Positions 10,606 through 23,280 of a stretch of 64,000 nucleotides of DNA are shown piece after piece. Both the position numbers and the translations under genes were made by a program. The notes beneath the pieces were generated by a model. That model saw only the letters and a program-made list of their open reading frames with translations, was not told the origin of the DNA and ran no database searches. This DNA is from Candidatus Polarisedimenticolaceae bacterium (GTDB lineage Bacteria > Acidobacteriota > Polarisedimenticolia > Polarisedimenticolales > DASRJG01). The DNA lies in contig DASUCV010000004.1 of the NCBI GenBank assembly GCA_036275915.1, positions 662,204 through 726,203 of the forward strand, given 5' to 3'. How positions within the stretch are numbered: position 1 is the stretch's first letter; each line of letters begins with the position of its first letter.

Positions 10606-11455
10606 CAGACGCTACCGCGGCTACGAGGGCCCGCTCACCCCGCTCGCGACACGCTGGCGCGTCCTGCCACGCTACGCGTGGGGCCAGGTCTTCCGCTCGC
10701 GCCTGTTCGTCGCGTTCTACACGCTGTGCTTCGGGTATCCGCTCGTCCTCTTCGGCTGGGTCTACCTGCACCACAATCTGAGCGCGCTTGCCGCGCTCCA
10801 GCTCGATGCGCTCCGGCTGGCACCCGTCGAAGCTCCCGCGTTCGCCACCTTCATGGGAGTGCAGTGCTTCTTCTTCGGAGGGATCATGACCCTCCTCGTC
10901 GGTCCCGGCCTCGTCTCGCCGGATCTCGCCAACGGCGCCCTGCCCCTCTTTCTCGGACGGCCTCTGACCCGCCGCTCCTACGCGCTCGGCAAGATGGGTG
11001 CGCTCATCGTCCTCCTCTCGTCGATCACCTGGATCCCCGGCCTGCTGCTCTTCCTGTTCCAGAGCTGGCTCGAAGGGTGGGGATGGCTGGCCGATCATCT
11101 CCACGTCGGGATCGCAATCGTGCTCGGCGCGTGGATCTGGATCGCCACGATCACCCTGCTCGCGCTCGCGACCTCTTCGGTCGCCAAGCGCAAGGTCGTT
11201 GCCCAGACGTTCCTCCTGGGTGCGGTCATCTTCGGAAGCGTCGCCGGTCAGGCGATCAACGTCATGTTCGGCACGCGCCTCGGGTTCGTCTTCAACATCC
11301 CCGAGCTCATGCACACGGTCTGGGAAGGGCTCTACCGCGTGCCGCTGCATGCTCAGCTCCCCCCGGCGGTCGCGTGGGCGGCGCTCGTCCTCCTGTGCGG
11401 CCTCTCGGTCGCGATCGTCGCGCGCCGGCTCCGCGCCTTCGAGGTCGTGCGGTGA
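10592..11455 (+). CDS. ABC-2-type permease
   Basis: Multi-TM protein with [27 protein letters not shown] start after GGAGG. Confidence 0.85.
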   Translation: MAVYDRRYRGYEGPLTPLATRWRVLPRYAWGQVFRSRLFVAFYTLCFGYPLVLFGWVYLHHNLSALAALQLDALRLAPVEAPAFATFMGVQCFFFGGIMTLLVGPGLVSPDLANGALPLFLGRPLTRRSYALGKMGALIVLLSSITWIPGLLLFLFQSWLEGWGWLADHLHVGIAIVLGAWIWIATITLLALATSSVAKRKVVAQTFLLGAVIFGSVAGQAINVMFGTRLGFVFNIPELMHTVWEGLYRVPLHAQLPPAVAWAALVLLCGLSVAIVARRLRAFEVVR

Positions 11456-12384
11456 TCGTCCTCGACAACGTCTCGAAGTTCTACGGCGAGGTCCTCGGCG
11501 TGAATCGCGTGACGCTCACGGTCGGACCCGGGATCACGAGCCTCGTCGGGCCGAACGGCTCGGGAAAGACGACGCTCATGAACCTGATCGCGGGCCTCTT
11601 GCGTCCGACCCAGGGCACACTCTCGATCCTCGGCGTCCCCCCGGACCGGCCGGAGCTCCTCGGTCGACTCGTCGGCTACTGCACGCAGTACGACGCCTTC
11701 CCTCCGGGGCTCACCGGCTACGAGTTCGTCCACGCCACCCTTCGCCTGCACGGCCTGCCCGAATCACGCTGCCGCGAGCTGGCCGCGCGCGCGATCGCGC
11801 GGGTCGGCCTGACCGAGGCCGCGGGACGCCGCGTCGCGGGGTACAGCAAGGGGATGCGGCAGCGGATCCGCCTCGCGCAGTCGATCGCGCACGACCCGAA
11901 GGTCATCGTGCTCGACGAGCCGCTCAACGGCCTCGACCCGATGGCGCGCGCCGAGACGATCGCCCTCTTCCGGCAGCTCGCCGACGAGGGGCGGTTCGTC
12001 CTCCTTTCGAGTCACATCCTCCACGAGGTCGATCTCCTCTCCGACCGCGTCATCCTCGTCCATCACGGATACGTCGTCGCCGAAGGGAAGATCGCCGGCG
12101 TCCGCGACGAGATCGAGCAGCACCCGGCGCAGGTCCTCGTGCGATGCGATCGTCCGGCGCTCGTCGCGTCGCGGATCTTCGAGCTCGACAGCGCGGTCGA
12201 GATCAAGATCCACGACGACCGCCGAGGGCTCCTCGTCCACACGAGGGACGCCGACAAGTTCTATCTGCTCCTGAACCGCCTCGTGCTCGAGCACGAGCTC
12301 GACCTCGAGGCGGTCATGCCCGCCGACGAGGATGTCCAGGCGGTCTACAAGTACCTCATCGAGCAGGAGGGTCCCCCGTCGTGA
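11452..12384 (+). CDS. ABC transporter ATP-binding protein
   Basis: GTG 11452. [28 protein letters not shown]. Confidence 0.93.
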   Translation: MIVLDNVSKFYGEVLGVNRVTLTVGPGITSLVGPNGSGKTTLMNLIAGLLRPTQGTLSILGVPPDRPELLGRLVGYCTQYDAFPPGLTGYEFVHATLRLHGLPESRCRELAARAIARVGLTEAAGRRVAGYSKGMRQRIRLAQSIAHDPKVIVLDEPLNGLDPMARAETIALFRQLADEGRFVLLSSHILHEVDLLSDRVILVHHGYVVAEGKIAGVRDEIEQHPAQVLVRCDRPALVASRIFELDSAVEIKIHDDRRGLLVHTRDADKFYLLLNRLVLEHELDLEAVMPADEDVQAVYKYLIEQEGPPS

Positions 12385-13214
12385 CCGCCGAGACGCGCTC
12401 GCTCGTCCTGCGCCAGATCATGGCCGTCCAGGCCCTCGAGCTGCGCAAGCGGTTCCTCGGCCGACGCTCGATCCTCGTGTACCTCTTGGCGCTCATTCCT
12501 CTGGGGCTCACCGGCATGCGCATGCTGGCGATCCTCTTCCTTCACATGATGGAGCACAGCATCGCGCAGGACCAGGTGGAGTACGCGGTGCTCTTCCGCA
12601 CGCTCATCCTGCGCTTCGTCGTTTATTTCGGGTGCGTCGCGGTCTTCGTACCGCTCTTCCGCGGGGACATCCTCGACCGATCGCTCCATTACTACCTGCT
12701 CGCGCCGCTCACCCGACGGACGCTGACGATCGCCAAGTACTTGTCGGGGCTCGCCGCTGCTCTCTTTCTCTTCAACGGGACCACGCTCGCCACCTGGCTG
12801 CTCTGGTACGGAGGGCACGGCCCGGCGGCGCTGATCGACCGTGCGACGTCCGGGCACGGCCTCGCCGAGCTCGGCGCCTACCTCCTCGTGACGACGCTCG
12901 CGTGCATCGGCTACGGCGCCGCGTTCCTCGCCGCCGGCGTGTACTTCCGGAATCCGATCTTCCCCGCGCTCCTCTTCCTCGGGTGGGAGCTGATCAACAT
13001 CTTCCTGCCGCCGGTGCTCAAGTCGCTCAGCCTGATCCACTACCTGGAATCGTTGTGCCCGGTCTCGGTCCCGCCCGACTCCGGGATCGCGATCCTCGCC
13101 GACCCGGCCTCTCCCTGGGTCGCGATCCCCGGCCTCCTGGCGCTCGCCGCAGTCCTCGTCGCCCTCGCAGCCGCGAAGGCACGCCGCCTCGAGGTCCTCT
13201 ACGGCATCGAGTAG
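12381..13214 (+). CDS. ABC-2-type permease
   Basis: GTG 12381. Multi-TM protein with [26 protein letters not shown]. Confidence 0.85.
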   Translation: MTAETRSLVLRQIMAVQALELRKRFLGRRSILVYLLALIPLGLTGMRMLAILFLHMMEHSIAQDQVEYAVLFRTLILRFVVYFGCVAVFVPLFRGDILDRSLHYYLLAPLTRRTLTIAKYLSGLAAALFLFNGTTLATWLLWYGGHGPAALIDRATSGHGLAELGAYLLVTTLACIGYGAAFLAAGVYFRNPIFPALLFLGWELINIFLPPVLKSLSLIHYLESLCPVSVPPDSGIAILADPASPWVAIPGLLALAAVLVALAAAKARRLEVLYGIE

Positions 13215-13238
13215 CGCGCCCTTGCTACGATCCCCGGC

Positions 13239-14912
13239 ATGCTGGGCGACGATCCGCACAAGAACGAAACGACCCTTTCGCTCCGCGAGCAGGCCGAGAC
13301 CGTGCTTCGCCTCGCCTCGCCGGAAGAGCGCCTCAAGCTCCTCCTCGACGCGCCGAAGCCGATGGCTCTGGTCCGAACGCTTCCCGACGCCGATTTCCAC
13401 CTGACGGTCCGCGAGATCGGACCGCAGGACGCGCTCCCCCTCCTCGCGCTGGCCTCGTCTCCGCAGATCGCCCATCTGCTCGATCTCGAGGGCTGGCGCG
13501 GGGACCGCATCGACCCGACGCGGTTCGGCGCGTGGGTCGCCCTGCTCGCCGAATCCGGGGAGGCGACGCTCCGGCGGTTCGCTCGGTCGGCCGACGACGA
13601 GACGCTGATCCTGCTCTTCCACGGCTGGCTCCATGTGCGGCCGCTCGAGATCGACCACGAGGAGCCGACACGCGGCCACGGGGTGACGGAAGCCGGTGAC
13701 GAGCGCGGGTTCGTGGCGCCCGACGGCAGCCATCTCTTCGCGCCCGAGCACACGGAGCATGCGCCGGCCGGCCGGCGGCTCGCCGAAATCCTCTTCCTCG
13801 ACGACCAGGCTCGCTATCTCGGCATCGTCCGCTCGGCCCTGTTCGAGCTTCCGTCGGAGGTCGAGGAGGAGGCGCTGCGCTGGCGCAACTCACGCCTCGA
13901 GGAGCACGGCTACCCGCCGTTCGAGGAGGCGCTCTCCGTCTACGCCGCGCCGGTGGCGAGGACCACGGCGGAGGCGGCGTCCGGCGAGCGCGAGGCGGCG
14001 GCGCCGAGGGCCGCGCTCCGGTCGTTGCGGCGGGATAACGCCGTGGTCGCCGCGATCGACCTCCTGACGCCCGGCGAGCGCGAGCGGGTGCTGGAAGGGT
14101 TGACGAACGTCGCGCACCGCGTGCTCGTCGCGGACGGGGCGGACCCGGGCTCGCTCGACGCGCAGCGCGCCGTGCTCCTTCGCGCCGGCGCCTACGTCGG
14201 CATCGGACTCGAGCGGCGCGGCGCGCGCGAGCCGGCGCCCGCCGCCGCGGTGCTCCGGACGACGTCGCCGATCGAGCTGTTTCGCGAAGGCTACGCCGAA
14301 GCCGCATCGCTCGCGGCCCGCGCGCGTGCGCTCGTCGCCGCGCTCGGGAGCGACGCTCTCCTCGACGCACCGCTCCTGGCGCGCGTCCGGGCTCTTTGCG
14401 CCCCGAGGCCCCAGTTCGTCGCCGAGGGCGACGAGCCGGCGCGCGATTTCCGCACGGTCGCCGAGATCGAGGAGACGAAGGTGACGCTCGAGCTCTGCGA
14501 GACCCTGGTCCAGGCGCTCCTGGCGCGGCGCGGCACCGACGCTCGCAGGCTCGCCGCCGAGGAGAGGCGTCCCTTCGAGGACCTCCCGCGCTTCTCGACC
14601 CTGCTCCTCACCGCGCTCGCGTGGCACGCGGTGCGCGGCGCCGTCAGGGTCGACCGGCTGCCCCAGGATGCGGTTGCCGATTTCCTGCGGATCGTCGCGT
14701 CCCGGCGAACCGCGGACCCCGAAGCGCCTTCGAGATCGATGGACCGCCTGGTCGGCGTGCTGGCGGCCGAGTCGAGCCTTTCACGCCGCGCCGCGGCCGC
14801 CCTCCGTGCCTTCGGGACGACCGCGCTCGATCGCCTCGCCGCGGACTGTGCGAACCTGGACCCCGGCCTGCCGGTGACGCCGCGCGTCGTGGGGTCCTTG
14901 AGGCTCGCCTAG
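13239..14912 (+). CDS. Conserved hypothetical protein, DUF6178-like
   Basis: 557-aa ORF with host-like codon usage. Motifs REIGPQDALPLL, LLDLEGWRGD and EVEEEALRWRNSRLEEHGYPPFEEALSVY recalled from that family. Confidence 0.65.
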   Translation: MLGDDPHKNETTLSLREQAETVLRLASPEERLKLLLDAPKPMALVRTLPDADFHLTVREIGPQDALPLLALASSPQIAHLLDLEGWRGDRIDPTRFGAWVALLAESGEATLRRFARSADDETLILLFHGWLHVRPLEIDHEEPTRGHGVTEAGDERGFVAPDGSHLFAPEHTEHAPAGRRLAEILFLDDQARYLGIVRSALFELPSEVEEEALRWRNSRLEEHGYPPFEEALSVYAAPVARTTAEAASGEREAAAPRAALRSLRRDNAVVAAIDLLTPGERERVLEGLTNVAHRVLVADGADPGSLDAQRAVLLRAGAYVGIGLERRGAREPAPAAAVLRTTSPIELFREGYAEAASLAARARALVAALGSDALLDAPLLARVRALCAPRPQFVAEGDEPARDFRTVAEIEETKVTLELCETLVQALLARRGTDARRLAAEERRPFEDLPRFSTLLLTALAWHAVRGAVRVDRLPQDAVADFLRIVASRRTADPEAPSRSMDRLVGVLAAESSLSRRAAAALRAFGTTALDRLAADCANLDPGLPVTPRVVGSLRLA

Positions 14913-16297
14913 GACTGGAGCTTGTTCGCCGCGTTGAGCGCGGCCACCTTGTAGCACTCGGCGAGGGTCGGGTAGTTGAAGACGGTCTCGAGGAAGTAAT
15001 CGAGCCCGCCGCCCAAGGCCAGCACGGCCTGACCGATGTGGACGAGCTCCGTCGCGTAGGTGCCCATGACGTGCACGCCGAGGAGCGCGCGCGTCTCCGC
15101 GTGGAAGAGCATCTTGAAGTAGCCGCTGTCGTCGCCCAGGATCTGCCCGCGCGCGATTTCGCGGTACCGCGCGACGCCGGTCTCGTAGGGCACCTTCGCC
15201 GCGGTGAGCTCGCGCTCGGTCGGCCCGACCATCGAGATCTCCGGGATCGAGTAAATCCCATAAGGGAAGTGCGACGGCATCGGCCCGGTCGAGACGCCGA
15301 ACGCCGCCCGGGCCGCAAGACGGCCCTGCTCGGCTGAGGTCGCCGCGAGCGACGGCGCGCCGATGACGTCGCCGGCCGCGAAGACGTTCGGCACCACGGT
15401 CCGGAACGCGGCATCGACGATGATCTTGCCTCGCTCGCCCACCGTGACACCGATCGCCTCGAGACCGAGGCCCTCGGTCGCGGCGGCGCGCCCGGCGGAG
15501 TAGAGCGCGATGTCGACGGCGACCCGCTTTCCGGACTCGAGCTGGATGACGGCCCGCCGGCCCTCCACCGTCACGCTGGCGACCGTCTCTCCGAGCCGGA
15601 AGCTCACCCCGCGATCGCGGAGCTGGTGCGCCAGCTCGACGACGATCTCGTTGTCGACGAACTCGAGCGGCCGGTCGCGCCGCTCGATCACGGTGACGTC
15701 GATCCCGAGCTGGCCGAACATCGACGCGTACTCGATGCCGATGACCCCCCCGCCGATCACCGCCATCGACTTCGGGATCGTCTTGAGCTTGATGACGTCG
15801 TCGCTCGTCATGACGACCTCGCCGTCGACGGTGACCCCCGGCGGGACGGCGGGATTCGTGCCGACGGCGACGAGCGCGAACTCGGTCGTGTAGGTCTGCT
15901 CCGTGCGCTCGCGATTGACGCCGATCGTGTGCGCGTCGACGAAGCGGCCCTGCCCGGAGAGGATCGTGACGCCGTTGCGGCAGAGCTGGTCCTCGACGAC
16001 CTCCTGCTCGCGCCGGACCGTCTCGTCGACGCGGCGGAGCAGCCGTTCGGCCGTGATCGGCGATTGGTCGCGGATCCCGTTCCGCTCGGCGAAAGGACCG
16101 CGCGACTCGTGCACGATTCCGATCACCGCCTCCCTGAGCGTTTTGCTCGGGATCGTCCCGGTGTCGATGCAGACGCCGCCGACCTCGCGGCGCTTCTCGA
16201 CGACCGCCGCGCGCTTCCCGAGCTTGGCCGCCTGAATCGCGGCACGCTGCCCGGCGGGCCCGCTTCCGATGCAGATCAGGTCGAAGTCGTACGGCAT
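14909..16297 (-). CDS. sthA: Soluble (Si-specific) NAD(P)+ transhydrogenase
   Basis: IGSGPAGQRAAIQAAK, GGVCIDTGTIPSK (single Cys), ELVHIGQAV, VFNYPTLAECYKVAALNAANK. Confidence 0.93.
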   Translation of the reverse strand: MPYDFDLICIGSGPAGQRAAIQAAKLGKRAAVVEKRREVGGVCIDTGTIPSKTLREAVIGIVHESRGPFAERNGIRDQSPITAERLLRRVDETVRREQEVVEDQLCRNGVTILSGQGRFVDAHTIGVNRERTEQTYTTEFALVAVGTNPAVPPGVTVDGEVVMTSDDVIKLKTIPKSMAVIGGGVIGIEYASMFGQLGIDVTVIERRDRPLEFVDNEIVVELAHQLRDRGVSFRLGETVASVTVEGRRAVIQLESGKRVAVDIALYSAGRAAATEGLGLEAIGVTVGERGKIIVDAAFRTVVPNVFAAGDVIGAPSLAATSAEQGRLAARAAFGVSTGPMPSHFPYGIYSIPEISMVGPTERELTAAKVPYETGVARYREIARGQILGDDSGYFKMLFHAETRALLGVHVMGTYATELVHIGQAVLALGGGLDYFLETVFNYPTLAECYKVAALNAANKLQS

Positions 16298-16323
16298 CGG
16301 CGAAGCCTACTACAATGGGGGGT

Positions 16324-16628
16324 ATGGCCGATTCACCGCTGAAGTCCGCGTACGAGCTGGCGATGGAGCGCCTCAAGGCGAAGGACCGGGAGGAAGGGGT
16401 CGAGGAAGACGCCCCGCTCACGAACGCCCAGAAGGAGCGCATCGCCGAGATCCGCCGCGACGCGAAGGCGAAGCTCGCGGAGATGGAGATCCTTCACCGG
16501 AAGAACATCGCCGGCGCGCGAGGCGATCCGGAGGGGACCGCGAAGATCGAAGAGGCGTACGGGATCGACCGCGGCCGTATCGAGTCGCGGATGGAGTCCG
16601 CGGTCGCGAAGGTCCGGCGGGGCGAAGG

Positions 16629-16632
<4 letters not shown>
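16324..16632 (+). CDS. Small conserved helical hypothetical protein
   Basis: MADSPLKSAYELAMERL...LTNAQKERIAEIR. Host-like codons; fills the gap between sthA and pepT. Confidence 0.75.
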
Positions 16633-21317
<4,685 letters not shown>

Positions 21318-21324
21318 TGCGCGC

Positions 21325-22281
21325 GTGTCGCGCGAGACCGCACGCCAGGTCCTGACGATCGAGTCCGAGGCGGTCGCCGCGCTCGCCGCCCGCCTCGACG
21401 ACGCGTTTGACGCGGCGGTCGACCTCATCGTCTCATGCAAGGGGCGCGTCGTCGTCACGGGGATGGGCAAGTCCGGGATCGTGTGCCAGAAGATCGCCGC
21501 GACTCTCTCCTCGACGAACACGCCGGCGTACTTCCTCCATCCCGCCGAGGCGCTCCACGGCGACATCGGCCTGCTCGTCCCGGGCGACATCGTGCTCGCC
21601 GTCTCGAACTCCGGTGAGACCGAAGAGCTCGTGCGCTGCCTCGAGCTCGTCCGGCGCCTCGGCGTGCCGATCGTGGCGCTCACCGGGAGGCCGGGCTCGA
21701 CGCTCGCCCGGTATGCGGACCTCCATCTCGACGTCTCGGTCGAGCGGGAGGCGTGCGCGCTCGACCTCGCGCCGACGGCCTCGACCACCGCGGCGCTCGC
21801 GATGGGCGATGCGCTCGCCGTCGCGTGCTACGAGAAGCGCGGCTTCACGGCCGGCGACTTCGCCCGCACCCACCCGGGGGGGCGGCTCGGCCGCAAGGTG
21901 CTCACGGTCCGCGAGCTCATGCGCACGGGCGACGCGCTGCCCCGGGTTCCCATGACCGCCGGCCTGGCCGAGGCGGTCCGCGAGATGTCGGCGAAGGGAC
22001 TCGGGATGACGTGCGTCGTCGAGACGGACGGCAGCCTCGCCGGGATCCTCACCGACGGCGACCTCAGGCGCCGCATGCTCAAGAACGAGCGCCCGCTCGA
22101 GGGCCGCGTGGCCGACGCGATGACGAAGGGACCGGTCGTCGTGTCGCCCGACGCGCTGGCGGGCGAGGCCCTGCGCCTCCTCGAAGAGCGCAAGATCACG
22201 TCGCTCGCGGTCGTCGGGCCCGGGCGTCGCCTCGAAGGCGTCGTCCAGATCCACGACCTCTGGCGGACGCAGCTGTTCTAG
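21325..22281 (+). CDS. kdsD: Arabinose-5-phosphate isomerase (KpsF/GutQ, SIS plus CBS)
   Basis: GMGKSG, HPAEALHGD, APTASTTA, HPGGRLG, CBS pair. GTG 21325. Confidence 0.95.
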   Translation: MSRETARQVLTIESEAVAALAARLDDAFDAAVDLIVSCKGRVVVTGMGKSGIVCQKIAATLSSTNTPAYFLHPAEALHGDIGLLVPGDIVLAVSNSGETEELVRCLELVRRLGVPIVALTGRPGSTLARYADLHLDVSVEREACALDLAPTASTTAALAMGDALAVACYEKRGFTAGDFARTHPGGRLGRKVLTVRELMRTGDALPRVPMTAGLAEAVREMSAKGLGMTCVVETDGSLAGILTDGDLRRRMLKNERPLEGRVADAMTKGPVVVSPDALAGEALRLLEERKITSLAVVGPGRRLEGVVQIHDLWRTQLF

Positions 22282-22290
22282 GATCGCCCC

Positions 22291-22836
22291 ATGGCTGCGA
22301 CACCCGACGAAATCCGCGAGCGGGCCCGCAAGGTCCGGCTCGTCCTGATGGACGCGGACGGCGTCCTCACGGACGGGCGCATCATCGTCTTCGCAGACGG
22401 GAACGAGGCGAGGTCGTACTTCGCGCGAGACGGCCTCGGGATCCGGATGGGCCAGCAGGGCGGCCTCGATTTCGGCGTCGTCTCCGGGAGGTCGTCGCCC
22501 GCAGTCGAGGCCAGGGCGCGCGAGCTCGACTTCGTCGAGATCCACCAGAAGGTTGCGGCCAAAGGGGGTTGCCTCGTCGAGATCGCGCGGAGGCGCGGTT
22601 TGGGCGCGGACGAGATCTGCTTCGTCGGCGACGATCTCGTCGACGTTCCGGCGTTTCGCCGCTGCGGCCTCGCCGTCGCCCCCGCCGACGCCGACCGCAG
22701 CATCCTCGAGCACGTCCACCACGTCGGGACGGCCTCGGGCGGCCGCGGTATCGTGCGCGAGGTCATCGAGCTGATCCTGCGCGCGAAGGGAGGCTGGGAG
22801 CGGGTCGCCGCGCCCTACCTTGCCGGGAAGGAGTGA
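22291..22836 (+). CDS. kdsC: KDO-8-phosphate phosphatase (HAD)
   Basis: DADGVLTDG, RDGLGI, VGDDLVD, GGRGIVREV. Confidence 0.93.
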   Translation: MAATPDEIRERARKVRLVLMDADGVLTDGRIIVFADGNEARSYFARDGLGIRMGQQGGLDFGVVSGRSSPAVEARARELDFVEIHQKVAAKGGCLVEIARRRGLGADEICFVGDDLVDVPAFRRCGLAVAPADADRSILEHVHHVGTASGGRGIVREVIELILRAKGGWERVAAPYLAGKE

Positions 22837-22839
22837 CCG

Positions 22840-23277
22840 ATGCGCATCCTCCTCATTCTGATCATCCTCGCGTTGATCCTCACGCTGTGGGGGTTCGCGA
22901 TGACGAACCTCGAGACGAGAGCGCCGGTCACCCTCTGGCAGACGACCTACCAGGATGTCCCCGTCTGGGCGATTGTGTTCCTGTCGATGCTCTCGGGAGT
23001 CGTCGGGGTCGGCATCCTGGCGGTCGCCGATGGCGCGTACATCCGGTTGAAGAACCGGCAGATCACGCGTGAGCTCCGGCGTCTCGAGACCGAGCTGAAC
23101 TTCCTCCGCACGCAGCCTGCCGGACGACGACGAGAACCGGACGTCCCGGGCGACGCCGAGCACGGCGAGCCGGGGCCGCCGCGGGAGGAGGACGAAACGG
23201 GAAGCGAGCTTGCGAGCGCGCCCGTTTATGACGAGATCGACGACGACGACCCGTACACGGGCGGCCGCGCCGTCTGA
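22840..23277 (+). CDS. LapA-family LPS assembly membrane protein
   Basis: Two TM helices with FAMTN, then a coiled coil and acidic tail. Last gene of the kds cluster. Confidence 0.7.
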   Translation: MRILLILIILALILTLWGFAMTNLETRAPVTLWQTTYQDVPVWAIVFLSMLSGVVGVGILAVADGAYIRLKNRQITRELRRLETELNFLRTQPAGRRREPDVPGDAEHGEPGPPREEDETGSELASAPVYDEIDDDDPYTGGRAV

Positions 23278-23280
23278 TCG

